Below are positions 38,071 to 52,550 of a DNA stretch of 64,000 nucleotides, piece by piece. The notes below the pieces were generated by a model that did no database searches, had not been told where the DNA came from, and worked only from the letters and a program-made list of their open reading frames with translations. Every line of letters starts with the position of its first letter. Position 1 is the first letter of the stretch. Source of the stretch: Eukaryota sp. TZLM1-RC (taxonomy: Eukaryota > Protista > Metamonada: BaSk clade); NCBI GenBank assembly GCA_040285825.1, contig JAUPSS010000012.1:372001-436000 (forward strand). Reading direction: 5' to 3'. Position numbers and translations under genes: made by a program.

Positions 38071-38852
38071 TATTGAATTTTGCTAAATTTGTACTTACAT
38101 TTTTGCTAAACTTGTACTTTCTAAAATTTTGACATGATACAAGATCCTGATGGCGATAGTGCTAGAGTGAATGATATCAGTCCACGACAATGAAGTTCTT
38201 CCTTCAGGGCCCTCTTGGAATCTTGGAAAAGATGGAGTAACGAACAAGGCTTTGCTTTTCACTTATATGCTCATAAACCTGGTGTCTCCGTGTATTTCCG
38301 ATGTTCCTGCTGTGCTAATCAATGAAACCTAATCCTCAATGACACTTTTATTGAACGATTTCCTATTCACTTACAAGAACTTAATTTGTGGAGCAACTAG
38401 TTATTTCAAAAAGCTGTTCATTATATCGAGCAGAGTTTACTTCCAGATGGAACTGAATTTTTACATTGCTACATAGACCAATTCACTCATTTCCATAGCT
38501 ACACCACATCTCGTGTTGAATCAAATCATACAGAGCTGAAAAGGAATCGATTTATGGCAAAGAAGGACTTGACAGTTGGAAAAAAAAGGCAAGAAGATGT
38601 GGTAATTGTGGTAGAGAAGGGCACGACTAAGGGACTAAGTGTACGCTCCCTTGCGGTATATGTGGTGTAAGCGATCATAAGAAAAAGGATTGTCCAAAGA
38701 ATCAGAAGCATAACAAGAACATAGCATGAGAGACTATCTGAAGTGTTCTAGTAGTTTGAGTTGTTATAAAGAGTCTAAGTTGATATGGTACAGGGTTAGA
38801 CATTTTCAGTACAAGTTTGGCAAAATTTATTGGTACAAGTTTAGCAGGACCC
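38071..38852 (+). mobile_element. Possible MULE-type DNA transposon derivative
   Basis: Imperfect TIRs built of two TGCTAAACTTGTAC units at each end; flanking aaatctatc/aaatctatt repeat (8 of 9 nt); degenerate C-terminal knuckle CGICGVSDHKKKDC. Left terminus does not match the right exactly. Confidence 0.5.
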
Positions 38853-38869
38853 AAATCTATTCCATCAAG

Positions 38870-39465
38870 AAACTAAACAACACAAATTAAAATTCTAAAT
38901 TTTCATGTGCCAAATCGGCCGAAAAGAATTGACTTGAAGTTTTTTCTTCATATAAGCGACCAAGAGATAATAAAGCAGAAGACAATGGGGGACGACACCT
39001 TTAAAAATTGAAAATACAATTCTGTTGTGCCAAAACGTTTCGTCAAAAACTCTTCCAGTACGTTGTTTCACAATTTCAACAAAATCATCCAGAAAAGATA
39101 AAGCAAGGGGGTAAACGTTCAATAAAGAGAAACTGCAAAAGGACAGAGGACATAATGAGTATGCGATTCTGCTTTTAAGGATTCCAATTTTGCCTTATAT
39201 TTGTCAATTTTGGCTTTTTCGAAAACAGCTAAGGGGTTTTTACACTTTGATTGAGCCATTGGAACAAAGGAATCATTACAGACATCAGTGGGTCTCACAT
39301 CTGTAATAATGGTAGTGCCTTCAAGACCTTCAAGCATTGAATCACCTCTATTTCGATCAAACGAATTCAAAGTATCTTCATCAACCAAACGGGAAAATAA
39401 TGGTTCCAAATAGGAAACAATTCTATGTGATTTTAACATACAATAGAGTTAATCCCTAACTACAT
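38870..39465 (-). mobile_element. CRE-like 3' fragment
   Basis: VRD..EPLF..RNRGD..TDV..EKAKIDKY..CPFAVSL..FWHNRIVF. Confidence 0.85.
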
Positions 39466-39779
39466 TAAGTTGAAAGATGAATTTTTTCCTCCTCAAGTTT
39501 TAAGTTTGCTGGTATTTAGCATTCTTTTTTGCTTCCAAAAGTACCAACACATTTAATTTATCATTTGGATCTCTATTCCGACATGGTCATCATGTCGTGA
39601 TTCAGCTTTATTTCTGAGACATGCACATTTTAAAATTCAACCGAAAACCTTAACTAATACTTTTATCTACTATAAACCCATCAATTTAATGACGGGAGAT
39701 TTTCGCTATCCACTTGGATGACTTCAGTAGGTAATACTAATTCGCGCTTCATAGTATTTAATATTGGTGATTAAGTCTT

Positions 39780-40404
39780 ACGTAAAACCAAACAAAATAA
39801 TAAACTGCATGGATCTTGGAACGGACCATTTTTAGGTTATTCTTAGGTTATTGACATTCCTTCCAAATCCACTTTATTAAAGAATCTTACCGCTGCCTCC
39901 GAATTATAGGCTGCTAACAAAGATTGTAAAATCTTAAACGCCGAAAATCCTCTGGATATCGAATTCCTCAAGGCAGTCGCAGCAGGCTATGCTGAAAAAC
40001 ATGTTATAGAGAAAATCCTCTCAAAATATAGTTCTGACTCAGGTAGTTTCTGTACTGTTCAATGGTTTGGCGGTAAGACTACTGAAGAGCCTCTACATTT
40101 AGTAAGACATTCAGAAGCTTATAGGTTATTGAGTAAAGACGAGAGAATTAGCAAAGTTGGAAAACATACTTCTAATGGAAAAGGTCCCTTACAACGAGTC
40201 TAGCGCCATTGAACGGCCTAGGCGTAGCAATAGATATAAGAATTAGTTTAGTTTGTTAGTTATTTGTATTAGTTGTATATTCGTTATAAAGCCGATTGAT
40301 TTTGAAAAAGGGAAGAAGCAGCGTTGGCGCCCTCAGGCTTTTAGAATATGAATATGAAAATAAATCATCTTTATCCAACCCTTCCTTTCCGACCTACGGC
40401 AACA
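39780..40404 (+). mobile_element. Gypsy remnant: integrase GPF region, chromodomain, PPT and 3' LTR
   Basis: HGSWNGPFL; EKHVIEKILSKYSSDSGSFCTVQWFGGKTTEEPLHLV; PPT aaaaagggaagaagcag; 83-bp LTR-like segment 40322-40404 ending acggcaaca. Confidence 0.7.
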
Positions 40405-40857
40405 CTCAAACCTAAACATAATTCATCAAACAGACGTTCTAAACGAACTGGATGATGAGCATCTAGTTTACATTGTAATTAGTTCAGCATTGTTTTAAAT
40501 TCAAATTGTTCTGTACATTGAAATATAGTGCAGTCTTCGAAATTGATTGTAATGGAAGTAAATATTTGAATTAATATTGTGAATTAAGATGAAACAATGT
40601 GACAAAGAGACTCTGCATAATCTTCAGGAAAATTGCTGTTCATAATGAAATGGAGATGGTCATTTTTTGGAACTTTAAAAAATTACAAACCAAGTAATAT
40701 CTGGTATTACCAACTATGATATATAGTAGGTCAGATACTTATTCAAAAGAGAGACAAATCAACTCAAAAACAGATTAATGAATATGAATTTATAAAACAA
40801 CAATCCTATGCAAAAATTTACTCAGGCTAAAGAACAATTTTGTTAATTGACATGAAT

Positions 40858-42217
40858 TTACTTCTTCTTCTTGACGGCTCCCTTGGGTTCAGCCTTGACA
40901 GTCTTCTTGATAACACCAACAGCAACGGTTGATCTCATATCACGGACAGCGAAACGACCAAGTGGTGGATATTCAGTGAAAGCTTCGACACACATTGGTT
41001 TTTGGGGAACAAGTCTGACAATACCGGCGTCGTTCTTCTTGAGGAATTCGGGGTTTTCTTCTTGGAGGGCACCAGAACGTCTATCGACCTTTTGGAGGAT
41101 TTGAGAGAACTTACAAGAGATATGGGCGGTGTGACAATCAATAACGGGAGCGTATCCAGCACGGATTTGACCAGGATGGTTCATAATAATAACTTGGGCA
41201 TCGAAAGATTCGGTTTCCATAGCGGGTTTGTTGGCGTTGTCAGAAGTAACGTAACCTCTCTTAATATCCTTAACAGAGACGTTCTTGATATTGAAACCAA
41301 CATTGTCACCGGGGTAAGCTTCAGCAACAGATTCATGATGCATTTCAACAGACTTGATTTCGGCACAAACACCAGCGGGGGCGAAATTGGCAGTAATACC
41401 AGGACGGAGGATACCGGTTTCAACACGACCGACAGGGACGGTACCAATACCACCAATTTTGTAAACGTCTTGAAGGGGGAGTCTGAGGGGCTTGTCAACG
41501 GGACGCTTGGGAGGAGTAATGTTATCAAGAGCTTCAAGCATGATTGGTCCCTTATACCAGGGCATGTTCGAGGAGCGTTCAAGCATGTTATCACCATTGA
41601 AACCAGAGATGGGAATGAATGGGATCTTTTCAACCTTGAATCCAATACGCTTCAAGTAGCCAGATACTTCGTTCTTGATTTCAGAGTAACGTGATTCGGC
41701 GTAAGCAACAGACTTGTCGTCCATTTTGTTGATACCAACGATCATTTGCTTGACACCAAGAGTGAAAGCGAGGAGAGCATGTTCACGAGTTTGACCTTGT
41801 TCAGAGATACCAGCTTCGAATTCACCAACACCAGCGGCAACAATGAGAATGGCAACATCGGCTTGAGAGGTACCAGTAATCATATTCTTGATGAAATCTC
41901 TATGGCCTGGGGCATCAATAATGGTGAATTGGAACTTGGCAGTTTCAAACTTCCAGAGAGCAATATCAATGGTGATACCACGTTCACGTTCAGCCTTAAG
42001 CTTATCGAGAACCCATGCGTACTTGAAGGATCCCTTACCGAGTTCGGAGGCTTCCTTTTCGAACTTGGCAATGGTACGTTCATCGACACCACCACACTTG
42101 TAAATCAAATGTCCAGTAGTAGTAGACTTACCGACATCGACGTGACCAATAACGACGAGGTTGCAATGAATCTTATCCTTACCTATTATGAGAATGAATC
42201 GAGATGAACAAACCCAT
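40858..42217 (-). CDS. EEF1A: Elongation factor 1-alpha, copy 1 (31-nt intron 42213-42183 after ATG-G)
   Basis: [25 protein letters not shown] and [10 protein letters not shown]. Splicing restores [10 protein letters not shown]. Confidence 0.98.
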
Positions 42218-43984
42218 GAGAACCGAAACAAAAAAAAGTGTCCAGATTCGATTTCATTTTCAAATTGAAATGCCTATTTCAAGCATCAATCAAACTTATT
42301 CCAAGAAATAACATTCTTGGTGACATCGTCCACAGACGATCTAGAATCCTCGAATAATTGGCCACCAATCTCAGTGAGCCCATTTCTCCTCTAACCCCTT
42401 TTAGCTGTCCTTCTTGTCTTGAAACTAGACATCTGAATACTTATTATTACCTTGTCTCTCTTATTCACACTCTTTCTACTCATCTTTCCGCCATGTAAGA
42501 TGTTCCTCCTGTCTTCACGTGTATTACCATCAGTTATCAATTTACACCCTTACACCTCTGGTATCGTTTGTTCACTCTCTACGAATCAACTCACTGCAAT
42601 CTTAATCTACTTCAGTCTAACCTACTGCTGATATACATGAACTTCTAAAGTCTAATGAGCAGAAGACTTTTGCACTTCCTGAACTCCAATCGAAACTGCA
42701 TTGAAAACACTGGTAATGTTAGTCAACATGGCTTCCTTACAGAGATTGATTATGACTAATTTCATATTAATGTAGTGTGATACGATGATAAGTCTGAAGA
42801 CATCCACGCTGCTATGAGTGAAACCTATCCCCTTGAATTCAGTTTGGACTCTTGAGAAAGAAGATTTTCTGGTTAATAACCTATTTCTGAACCTTCACTG
42901 TTTTGAATGTGCGTGGTTGATAATAATTTGTGTAAATACTAGGGAATAATATTTATACAATATAATAAATATAATATTATATAATATTAGTGACGGTAGT
43001 ATTATAGGTGATTTAAATTGTAACTAAAAGTGCTAATACTCACCACATAACTAATAGTTCTTAAATAAAATATTATCGATTCATGTTTTAATATAGTGTT
43101 CGATCAAGTCTTGTTAAAAAGAATAGTGTTGGTGAAAGAAGTGGTGTGTTGAAAGAGGATTTAATAACTATGTGCACAAAACGAAAACCACATTCTGAAT
43201 TTACGGGCTCTATCGCTCCGTTTTTCTTCTTATCTCATATTATGTTCCTTGAGACACTTCGATTGTTTCAAAGAATACTTTTAAAATCTTCGATAGTGTC
43301 AAGGAGAATTTTTCTCTAAGAACACGTCCACTTGTCACGAAATTTGGAAAGGAGCTTCGATTACGTCAACAGTTATCGACGAATTAATTTGTGATTCTTG
43401 ACAGTTTTATTTGTTTGAGGTGAGTCCAGTCGTTCCTCAGCTACAAGGATGTGTAATATTCTTGATTTTTTATTTTCAGTGTATAATGGCAAGTGCGTTG
43501 AATCATATTCGCTTAATCACAAATACAAGGATTTCGTATTTCAAATAAAGTTTGATTTTGTTTTTATATTTTGTATTTATGTTTATTTTAACATATAAAG
43601 TTTGAACACACCGTTGTGAATCGTTTAATTAATCAGTATGAATCAGATTTATCTGAAATAATCAGCACTTTGACAAGTTGCAGTGGTGAAAATGCTTTTC
43701 ATGCTACAGCTGTTGCAGAAATAGTTAACCTTATTGAAATTTTAAAACGCTACAGGACGGTTCTGTTTGCGAAGTTTTAAAACCTTTTGGGGATTTTTTT
43801 GGGGGATCTAACTATGACATTTCCTGTTTGTATGTGTTTGCTTACTAAAAAATAATTAAATTTAAGGTGGTCTGAAGATGAGAAGCAGGTTTGGTTACAG
43901 ATTGTTAATAATTGTTTTTGAAAATTAAAGATTGTTTTGAATGAAATGTCACAAAAAAATAACTTTATTAGATGTTTCTACTTT

Positions 43985-44815
43985 TGTTTATTCTACAAAA
44001 CAACAAACTAAAACACATAAGAAACAAAATTCTCCACGCCAACTCTTGATGAATCCTTATGCAGCTTGGACATCATTAAATTGAAATATTTGGGAACACT
44101 TCTGTACAAAGGAAAAATGATACGATTCTTCCAAAGATTCCCTGCAAAATTCTTACCACTTGAACGACATAAATTATCAAAATCATTGAGAAAATTCAAG
44201 GCAGACTGTCCAATGTGTGTTTTCAAAGTGTACAATGAATTAAACAGATTATTATCGCTATGATGCTTCAACAACGGTGCTACTTTGCAACTAAAATTGT
44301 AACACTTAAACATCTCATATGTCACATCAGGAACGGCATTTTGAAGAACTGACCGATATTGAAGAAATTTCTTACAACTTACATTATGACGGAAATTTAC
44401 AGTCAGTTTTTCGTTACAAATACAAACAGAATTATTCTAAAGACCACTTGGATACAGCCCTAATCTCAAACGCATGTTTTGTTTCCAAGCTTCATTTGTT
44501 AAGTGAAGACCAAATGGCCGTGGTTACTGAGATATTAAATTAGTGCAATTCTTGATGTCTGATAAAAGGGCAGCAAAGACGGGATCATTAATCTTTGTCT
44601 GACCAAGACGTTGAGAAAAATTCAGGTCTTCAAAACCAATTAAAACAGACTTCCGTAATTTCACAACAGCAAGATGAAGATTAGACAAAGATCTCGAAGG
44701 TACAGAAGGCAAACCTGAAGGAAAACACTTATTCCACATATCACTAGGTAGTTCCTGTACAATGTTCTGGAGTAAAATTAATAAAGGATGTGATTCATTC
44801 AAAGGAACTTGATCA
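43985..44815 (-). mobile_element. CRE-like 3' fragment (family of 7166 and 34832), with internal deletion
   Basis: Translation nearly identical to 7179..7709. Confidence 0.85.
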
Positions 44816-45214
44816 AACTTATTAAATATTAAAAAATTTTAAAAAAAATGAAAAATAATAAACAATATCTTCAAAACAAGCTTCCACACCATCAAACCGT
44901 ACAGCAGCAATGACATCAAAGCTTTCGAATTAATTTGATATAGTGTATGTATCTCTAGGTTTAACAAATTTTTTCAGGGTCAGTTTGCCATGATTTTAAA
45001 GATTCAAAATATAAAATTTTAGAGTTTAATTACTCTGCTTGCTCAGATCTATAGACTACTTTTAAATGACAGTACACTTTCTTGTTCAATGCGGCTTCGA
45101 TATTTCATATGTCCTAATTAAGTGCTCCGTATTTTGATTTATTAATGGATCAAAAATTTCTCAAAGTCATATTTTTTTAGTTGTAAATACTTTATTACTT
45201 TCCAATCAAAACTT

Positions 45215-45975
45215 CGCGATGCAGTTAGGGATCAACTCTATTGTTTGTTCCTGTGGTCGAAATAGAGGTGATTTAATACTTGAATGTCTTGAAGGGACGA
45301 CTATCATTACTGATGTTATATCAACTGATGTGTGTAATCATTGTCCTTTACCGTTAGCTTAATCAAAATATAAGGACTCTTTATCTGTTGCCGAAATAGA
45401 TAAAATTGATAAATATAAAGCACAGTTGCTATCCTCCGAATACCGAATCGCTTACTCATCATGTCCTCTGTTCATTTTCATTCTCCTTACGTAAGTCCCT
45501 TAAACCAATTGCTTTATCTTTCTTGAAAGATTTTTATTCAAATTGCAAAACAACGCACATAAAGAATTTTGGCAAGATGTGTTTGTAGAACAAGATTGTA
45601 TTTTCAATTTTAAAAGGTGTTCTTCCCTTATTGATTTCTGCTTTATTATTTCTCTTTCGTTATTTTGAAAGAAAAACTTTCAGTTATTTGTTTGGTTGAT
45701 TTGTAATATGAAAGCATAAATTTTCCAACTTTGTTGTTTAGTTTTTCATCAGTTTAAATATATTTATTGAACATGCACACTTAGTTAAATTAATTCAAAA
45801 CTAATGGGACCACTATCATTGAACCAAGATTTCCTCTACAAAATCTTGATCTGATGCTGTCTAGCTGAAACTTCACTTATTCGATTTAAAAACCGAGGTA
45901 ATGTATTAATAATGGCAAATTGAATTCGAGAACGCCATCAAAAAAGATCAAATTTTTTCAGTGTTTTTTTGCACC
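45215..45975. mobile_element. Two tail-to-tail degenerate CRE-like 3' fragments (+ 45215-45760; - 45765-45975)
   Basis: Similar to 38870-39465 and 19800-20030 respectively. Confidence 0.75.
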
Positions 45976-46759
45976 ACCATTAGTATAGATAAATTTGTTA
46001 AACTACAATTTTCATCTTGCATCTACAACATTTTAAACAAGCAAATTGAACTTGTTCAAATTTATTAATGAGTTTCTTATTGAACTACAACACTTAATAC
46101 AATTAAACAAGAACTAATGATACTAAATTCAATGAACCAACATTTTTTTCTGATCCTCACAACAAGTGTAAGAAATACGAAAATATTGAGGAAACTAATG
46201 CTACCATGTTTTCTACCAGTGCTTTGGCTCGTAAAAAGAAAATGGTTGGTAAACTTGCCAAGTTCGTCAAGTCCGTCAAGTCTGCTTGAATGTAAGTAAT
46301 TTTTTGTTTTATAAAGTGTAAATTTTCATCTTGTTGTATAATGGTTCTGAACTTTCACCTCTGAAAATCACCTTATTAGTGTCGTGAGATCAGTACTTCT
46401 CAACAATTATAAAAACATCACAGAAACTCAGGTACAACAGCATAAACACCCCAGTGTTCAGCAAAACAAATCTTCTAAACGATTTAAAAGATTTAAAGGA
46501 ACATACATATTGTTCACATCTACTCATTCAGAATATCGTATTTATTGATTTGCACACTTGATTAAATTAAATCATAACTAATCATTCAGAATTCTAACCA
46601 AATAATATTGATAATTTTGCCAGATCCTCGTTATCCAATAAATCATCAGACTGACTAAATGTGGACTCATGTAAATATTGATAATAATCTAAAATGCTTA
46701 CACAATTTCTACCATATTGCCTTGCTATTGCTTCTGTTATTCGGTGGAAACACTGTGGT

Positions 46760-49690
46760 TATCTATCAAGTATGGCCAAGTCAATTTGAGACCGCCACAA
46801 AAAAATTTCAGATCTATTGATTTTTCATAAACCATTTTTTGGAAATCAATCGAAGAATTTGCTGTTGTCACTGATAATCTTCCGTTTTTTGAAATTGGGA
46901 AAGCGGTAAAAACAAGTAGTCTATTTCTGTAAGCATTAGATTCTTCGATAACTTTATCATATTGTCGATGTATTTTTAGGTATCTGACTAGTGAGTGGCA
47001 TCATATAGAATAGTATTTTATAAAATTAGCTTTATTTTAAACCCCTTTACTCAACACGTTCTAACATACAGCTAGCAGATAAGTCTTGAAATAACATATA
47101 TATTTTTGCATTGACTTCAAGCACATCTGAAGGATTTAGTTTGCTCATTTGAACCAAAGTGTCATTTGAAACATTAAAGGAGACAAAAAGAACAAGAAAT
47201 TCAGTGTTGTCAATTCAATCACAGTAAATATCTCCTCTCTCATCAGAACCAAACTTGTTTAATGACAGTAATTCTCTAGGCAAAGGCTCTTTAATACATG
47301 AAATTCTTGTAGTTCTTGCCATACTAAAAACAGTGCCACTGATAGAATCATGTAATGTCGAGTGATAAGTTATCAATTTCGAAAAATTCAGAGCATGTCG
47401 CAAAGCGAGCATTAATGAATTAGAACAAATACATGGTTCTTTCAAGAGAAGTTGTTCAATAGGGTTATTTGGATATAATCTCATTTTTGTTGCAAAAACA
47501 CCATTATAGGCACATAGCACAAACCTTCGTGGCAAACACAGTTCAGATACATCTGTGTACAGACAGTGATAAATCTGATGACTTGTTCTCGCACAAAACT
47601 TTTTCCAATAACAATGAATGAAGATGTTGAACAAAAACAGCCGACCTGCATAAATTTATGAAATCATCATATTCATGCATTTTGGTCATTCGTTTTTGTA
47701 ATGTTCAAAGCGTGTATTTTAGAATTATATAGGTGAAGAACCTGAAGATTGTTTTAAGAAACACCCTTCTCCAATAACAATGAATGAAGATGTAGATTTA
47801 GAACAGCCAAGCTGCATAAATGTTTAAACAGTCATCTTCATACATTCCAGTCAATCGTATCTGTAATGTTCGAGGTGTGTATATTAAATTCAAAAAATTC
47901 TTTTCAGGAACATTACCATTGAATGTTTGGGAATGCATCGACTCCATCTATCTACATCCATTTTGGAATTTCTTCATTTAATGCAGAAATAGTAGAACTT
48001 TGCGTTGTCATTAATAAATCTTCCCAATTGGCAAAACTTTCAGAAAACTCAAATATTGCATATCTGCATGCACCGATAAAAGCACATGGAGTAAGAATAT
48101 AGGCCTTTGTCCATCCTGTTAACTGCCATAATGTGGACTAAGATAAGCATGATCAGGAATTTGGAACATTTTACATACCAGTAATTGTGAGAAGAACGTT
48201 TAGTACGTAATCACAACGATTTTAGTACGTACCACTAGGCCAAAGGCCTAGTGATAAGACAACATGTAGTTAGAAATATATCATTAAAGTTTAAACTAAA
48301 ACACAGTCTTTAAAATGTAAATTTTATATGTTTCTGTATATCCAATCTCATTATTTGGTAAATTTTTTCATAATTGAGTTCAACTGTTTAAACTTTTTTT
48401 TGGTAACTTCAGCATAATTTTCTGAAAACAAACCCAATTGACGATTAGCATCAATTGAATATAAATTTGCTGGAATTTCAATAGATTCAACTATTGTAGA
48501 AATTGGAGAATTCGAAAGTGAAACACATTTCAGTAAATTAATTGGAAGGCCAATTTTGTTAAATAATTATTTGAAACATACAGTTGCTTCTCTGACAATC
48601 TTTAAGTCAATAACTCCAATTAAAATCTCTTTGCATTTGAAATGATTAGATGCTGAGCTTCGATGATTCAACTGAGTTAGGACAAGTTGGAACTCAAAAG
48701 ACTTGACTTAACCATAATGCAATAGCTGAAAAATTGAAAACATGATGAGATTTGTTTAGCAGTCAGTGAAAAGAATAATTTTATGTGCAAATCTACTAAT
48801 TTGAAATGATAAAAATCACTTTAAGTGAGTCCTATTTCATACCGAATTTCTATTTTTGAAGTTGAAGTCGAATGGGCTTGCAGAATTACATCTCAAACAA
48901 ATAGTTGGAGTGTAGTCAGATGGGTCATATTTGGGTCATTTTAAAAATTCAAATATTTAAATTCAAATATTTTTTCAGGAATATTGCAATCAAAAGATTG
49001 AACAAAACATCGATTTCATTTTTAATTATCAATCTCTTACATTTCTTCATTTAAAGCAAAAATAGTTCAACTTTGAGTTGTCATTAATAGATCTTTCCAA
49101 TCTGCATATCTTTCAGAAAACTCAAGTATGGCATTTCTGCATTCAACGATAAAACCACAGGAATAAAGAATTTTGTCCAACATAAACCGCCATATGTACG
49201 AATGGGAAGTTGGGACAATTTGCACCCAATCAGTTGAGACAAGAATTTAGCACGCAATTTAAATTTTTGGGCCAAAGGTCTAGAGATAGGAGATTAATAG
49301 ATCGAAACATATGATTGAATTTTAAATTGAAATACAGTCTTATTACATTTATTTTCATCATTTGGTCAATTTTTTCAGAAATAATATTCAAGTATTTAGA
49401 TATTTGTTGGAGATTTCATCATTATTGCCTGAACACGAACCTAGTTCACGAATTGCATCAGAAGAATATAACTTGGATTGAACTTCCATTCCATCAACTT
49501 TTGTTGAAATTGGAGAATTTGAAAGTAAAACACATTTCAGTAAGTTGAGTCTAAGACCAATTTTGACAAATAATTCTTAAAAACATAAAGTTGTTTTTTT
49601 ACCATCGTTGAGTCGCCTATTGAAACCACATCCTGCATATAAGCAATCATCTTCAATGATCGAAACATATCACATTTAAAAATCATTTAT
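46760..49690 (-). mobile_element. Two degenerate CRE-like segments (RT to RLE), approximate limits
   Basis: 47215..47634 ORF (CIC..HALN..HD..RGDIYCD); IGLPINLLKC RT-type remnant near 48530; 48950-49690 parallels 47880-48620. Confidence 0.7.
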
Positions 49691-49844
49691 AATTGCTGTA
49701 ACCACAAATGACATTTTAGTAAATCCTAATTATTTGTTTGTACAATATTCAATATTGTTGATGAATGTTGGTCATAAAGCAACTGAATTTATAAACTCAC
49801 GAAGCATACAATCTAAATAAAAACAAAACTAAAACAAGACAAAA

Positions 49845-51204
49845 TTACTTCTTCTTCTTGACGGCTCCCTTGGGTTCAGCCTTGACAGTCTTCTTGATAA
49901 CACCAACAGCAACGGTTGATCTCATATCACGGACAGCGAAACGACCAAGTGGTGGGTATTCAGTGAAAGCTTCGACACACATTGGTTTTTGGGGAACAAG
50001 TCTGACAATACCGGCGTCGTTCTTCTTGAGGAATTCGGGGTTTTCTTCTTGGAGGGCACCAGAACGTCTATCGACCTTTTGGAGGATTTGAGAGAACTTA
50101 CAAGAGATATGGGCGGTGTGACAATCAATAACGGGAGCGTATCCAGCACGGATTTGACCAGGATGGTTCATAATAATAACTTGGGCATCGAAAGATTCGG
50201 TTTCCATAGCGGGTTTGTTGGCGTTGTCAGAAGTAACGTAACCTCTCTTAATATCCTTAACAGAGACGTTCTTGATATTGAAACCCACATTGTCACCGGG
50301 GTAAGCTTCAGCAACAGATTCATGATGCATTTCAACAGACTTGATTTCGGCACAAACACCAGCGGGGGCAAAATTGGCAGTAATACCAGGACGGAGGATA
50401 CCGGTTTCAACACGACCGACAGGGACGGTACCAATACCACCAATTTTGTAAACGTCTTGAAGGGGGAGTCTGAGGGGCTTGTCAACGGGACGCTTGGGAG
50501 GAGTAATGTTATCAAGAGCTTCGAGCATGATTGGTCCCTTATACCAGGGCATGTTCGAGGAGCGTTCAAGCATGTTATCACCATTGAAACCAGAGATGGG
50601 AATGAATGGGATCTTTTCAACCTTGAATCCAATACGCTTCAAGTAGCCAGATACTTCGTTCTTGATTTCAGAGTAACGTGATTCGGCGTAAGCAACAGAC
50701 TTGTCGTCCATTTTGTTGATACCAACGATCATTTGCTTGACACCAAGAGTGAAAGCGAGGAGAGCATGTTCACGAGTTTGACCTTGTTCAGAGATACCAG
50801 CTTCGAATTCACCAACACCAGCGGCAACAATGAGAATGGCAACATCGGCTTGGGAGGTACCAGTAATCATATTCTTGATGAAATCTCTATGGCCTGGGGC
50901 ATCAATAATGGTGAATTGGAACTTGGCAGTTTCAAACTTCCAGAGAGCAATATCAATGGTGATACCACGTTCACGTTCAGCCTTAAGCTTATCGAGAACC
51001 CATGCGTACTTGAAGGATCCCTTACCGAGTTCGGAGGCTTCCTTTTCGAACTTGGCAATGGTACGTTCATCGACTCCACCACACTTGTAAATCAAATGTC
51101 CAGTAGTAGTAGACTTACCGACATCGACGTGACCAATAACGACGAGGTTGCAATGAATCTTATCCTTACCTATTATGAGAATGAATTGAGATGAACAAAC
51201 CCAT
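49845..51204 (-). CDS. EEF1A: Elongation factor 1-alpha, copy 2 (31-nt intron 51200-51170)
   Basis: Same spliced protein as copy 1; only a few synonymous differences. Confidence 0.98.
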
Positions 51205-51338
51205 GAGAACCTAAACAAAAAAAGTGAGGAATTTATTAACATTTTTCATAATGAAGTTCAACACGTGTTGACACGTCTCTGTTTGTGTGAACCAAATGTA
51301 AGAATTAGCGCCTATAGTCTAGGCCCTCGACTAACATT

Positions 51339-51983
51339 ACAAACGTATTCTTTTTAGAAGTAGGGTTCACGATGTGGTTAGAGACCAATTATTTTGTATG
51401 TGTAAGTCTCAGAGAATTGAATCTTTTTTGGAACCTCTGATGTCAAATCTGTTTGATACTGAATATGATTTTCATAAGAATAATACAGGGGATGTCGAAT
51501 TACCCGGATTAGATGGAACCTTCATTTTAGTAATTGTAACGTCTGATGATCCTTGTAATGTCTCAAATGAAAGGCTTGCTAATTCTGCAATTCATCATCC
51601 TTTTGCAAATGCTGAAAATTTCAAAATCAAAAAATACAGTCAACCTTTGTCCAAATTGTCCACCCAACAGCATGCAAAATACAATTTGTATGTATTTGTA
51701 TTTTCTCTATTTGGTTCGCTTGCTCCCAATACTATAGGTTTTTTGGCAGATTTTGAAATGACTGTAAAGAGAAGAACCAATAGAATTTTCAACAGAATGT
51801 TTTGGCAAAATAGAATTGTGTTTTTTATTTTTAAGGGGATGTTGAAGATGGTTTCTGATGCTTTGCTTTATCTTGGATCTCACTATGGGGGAGTTGCATA
51901 TAGTTGTTTTGTTTTGGGAGAGATGAATTATTTAGATGTGAGTTACAAGTTTTGCAATAAATAAATAAATATTAATAAAAAAA
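51339..51983 (+). mobile_element. 5'-truncated CRE-like copy
   Basis: RLE tail, A-tail and 10-bp TSD gactaacatt (51329-51338 and 51984-51993). Confidence 0.88.
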
Positions 51984-52550
51984 GACTAACATTTTGGAAG
52001 CCAATTTCAGAAGTCTTTATTCCTCTATTGAGTTAACTTCAATGTTTGTGGTTTTTTCTCGTTGATCTTTTGAATCATTTCTTCAGACTCTTGTATCAAA
52101 TAGCGTGCACAACCAGCTACAACCTATCACTGTACTTCTGTTGCTTGCTTTTTTGTTGTGTCCAATCAATTCACTTTATGCTGTTGATTGCGTATAACTC
52201 AAAGTGCAACACTTTGATGTATATTGAGGTAACAGTATCAACATTCTATATAGCCTGACAGTCATTGACATCTCAATGTTTTGATGATCCTAAAATCAAA
52301 ACAAGCATATGCATTGATTTCGATGTGATGTACGGACATTTGGGATTATTTCTTGGATAAAGTAGGTACTGTTATTGCTATTACTCTCCATAATTGATGA
52401 TCTACTCACTGTGCGTTCTCTTAAGCCATGATTACTTCTACAACTATAATTATTGTAGTTTATAGACTAAAATAAGAATGGGTGGTTTCTTTACCGTTAT
52501 TCTGTTTTCAAATTATAATTATAAAAGAATTATAACCCAGTCTTTGTCAT

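Noticed and set aside
42218-42231. N-terminal extensions of EF-1alpha in the ORF track (MFRFSWVC..)
   Set aside because: Read-through of the 31-nt intron and 5'UTR; the true start is MGKDK.
48233-48253. Hairpin cactaggcc-aaa-ggcctagtg
   Set aside because: Lies inside decayed retroelement coding sequence; the paralogous site near 49270 does not keep the stem.
40871-51194. Antisense and alternate-frame ORFs over both EF-1alpha genes (also over DPD, MFS and eIF2A)
   Set aside because: Shadow ORFs caused by codon bias of the real genes.
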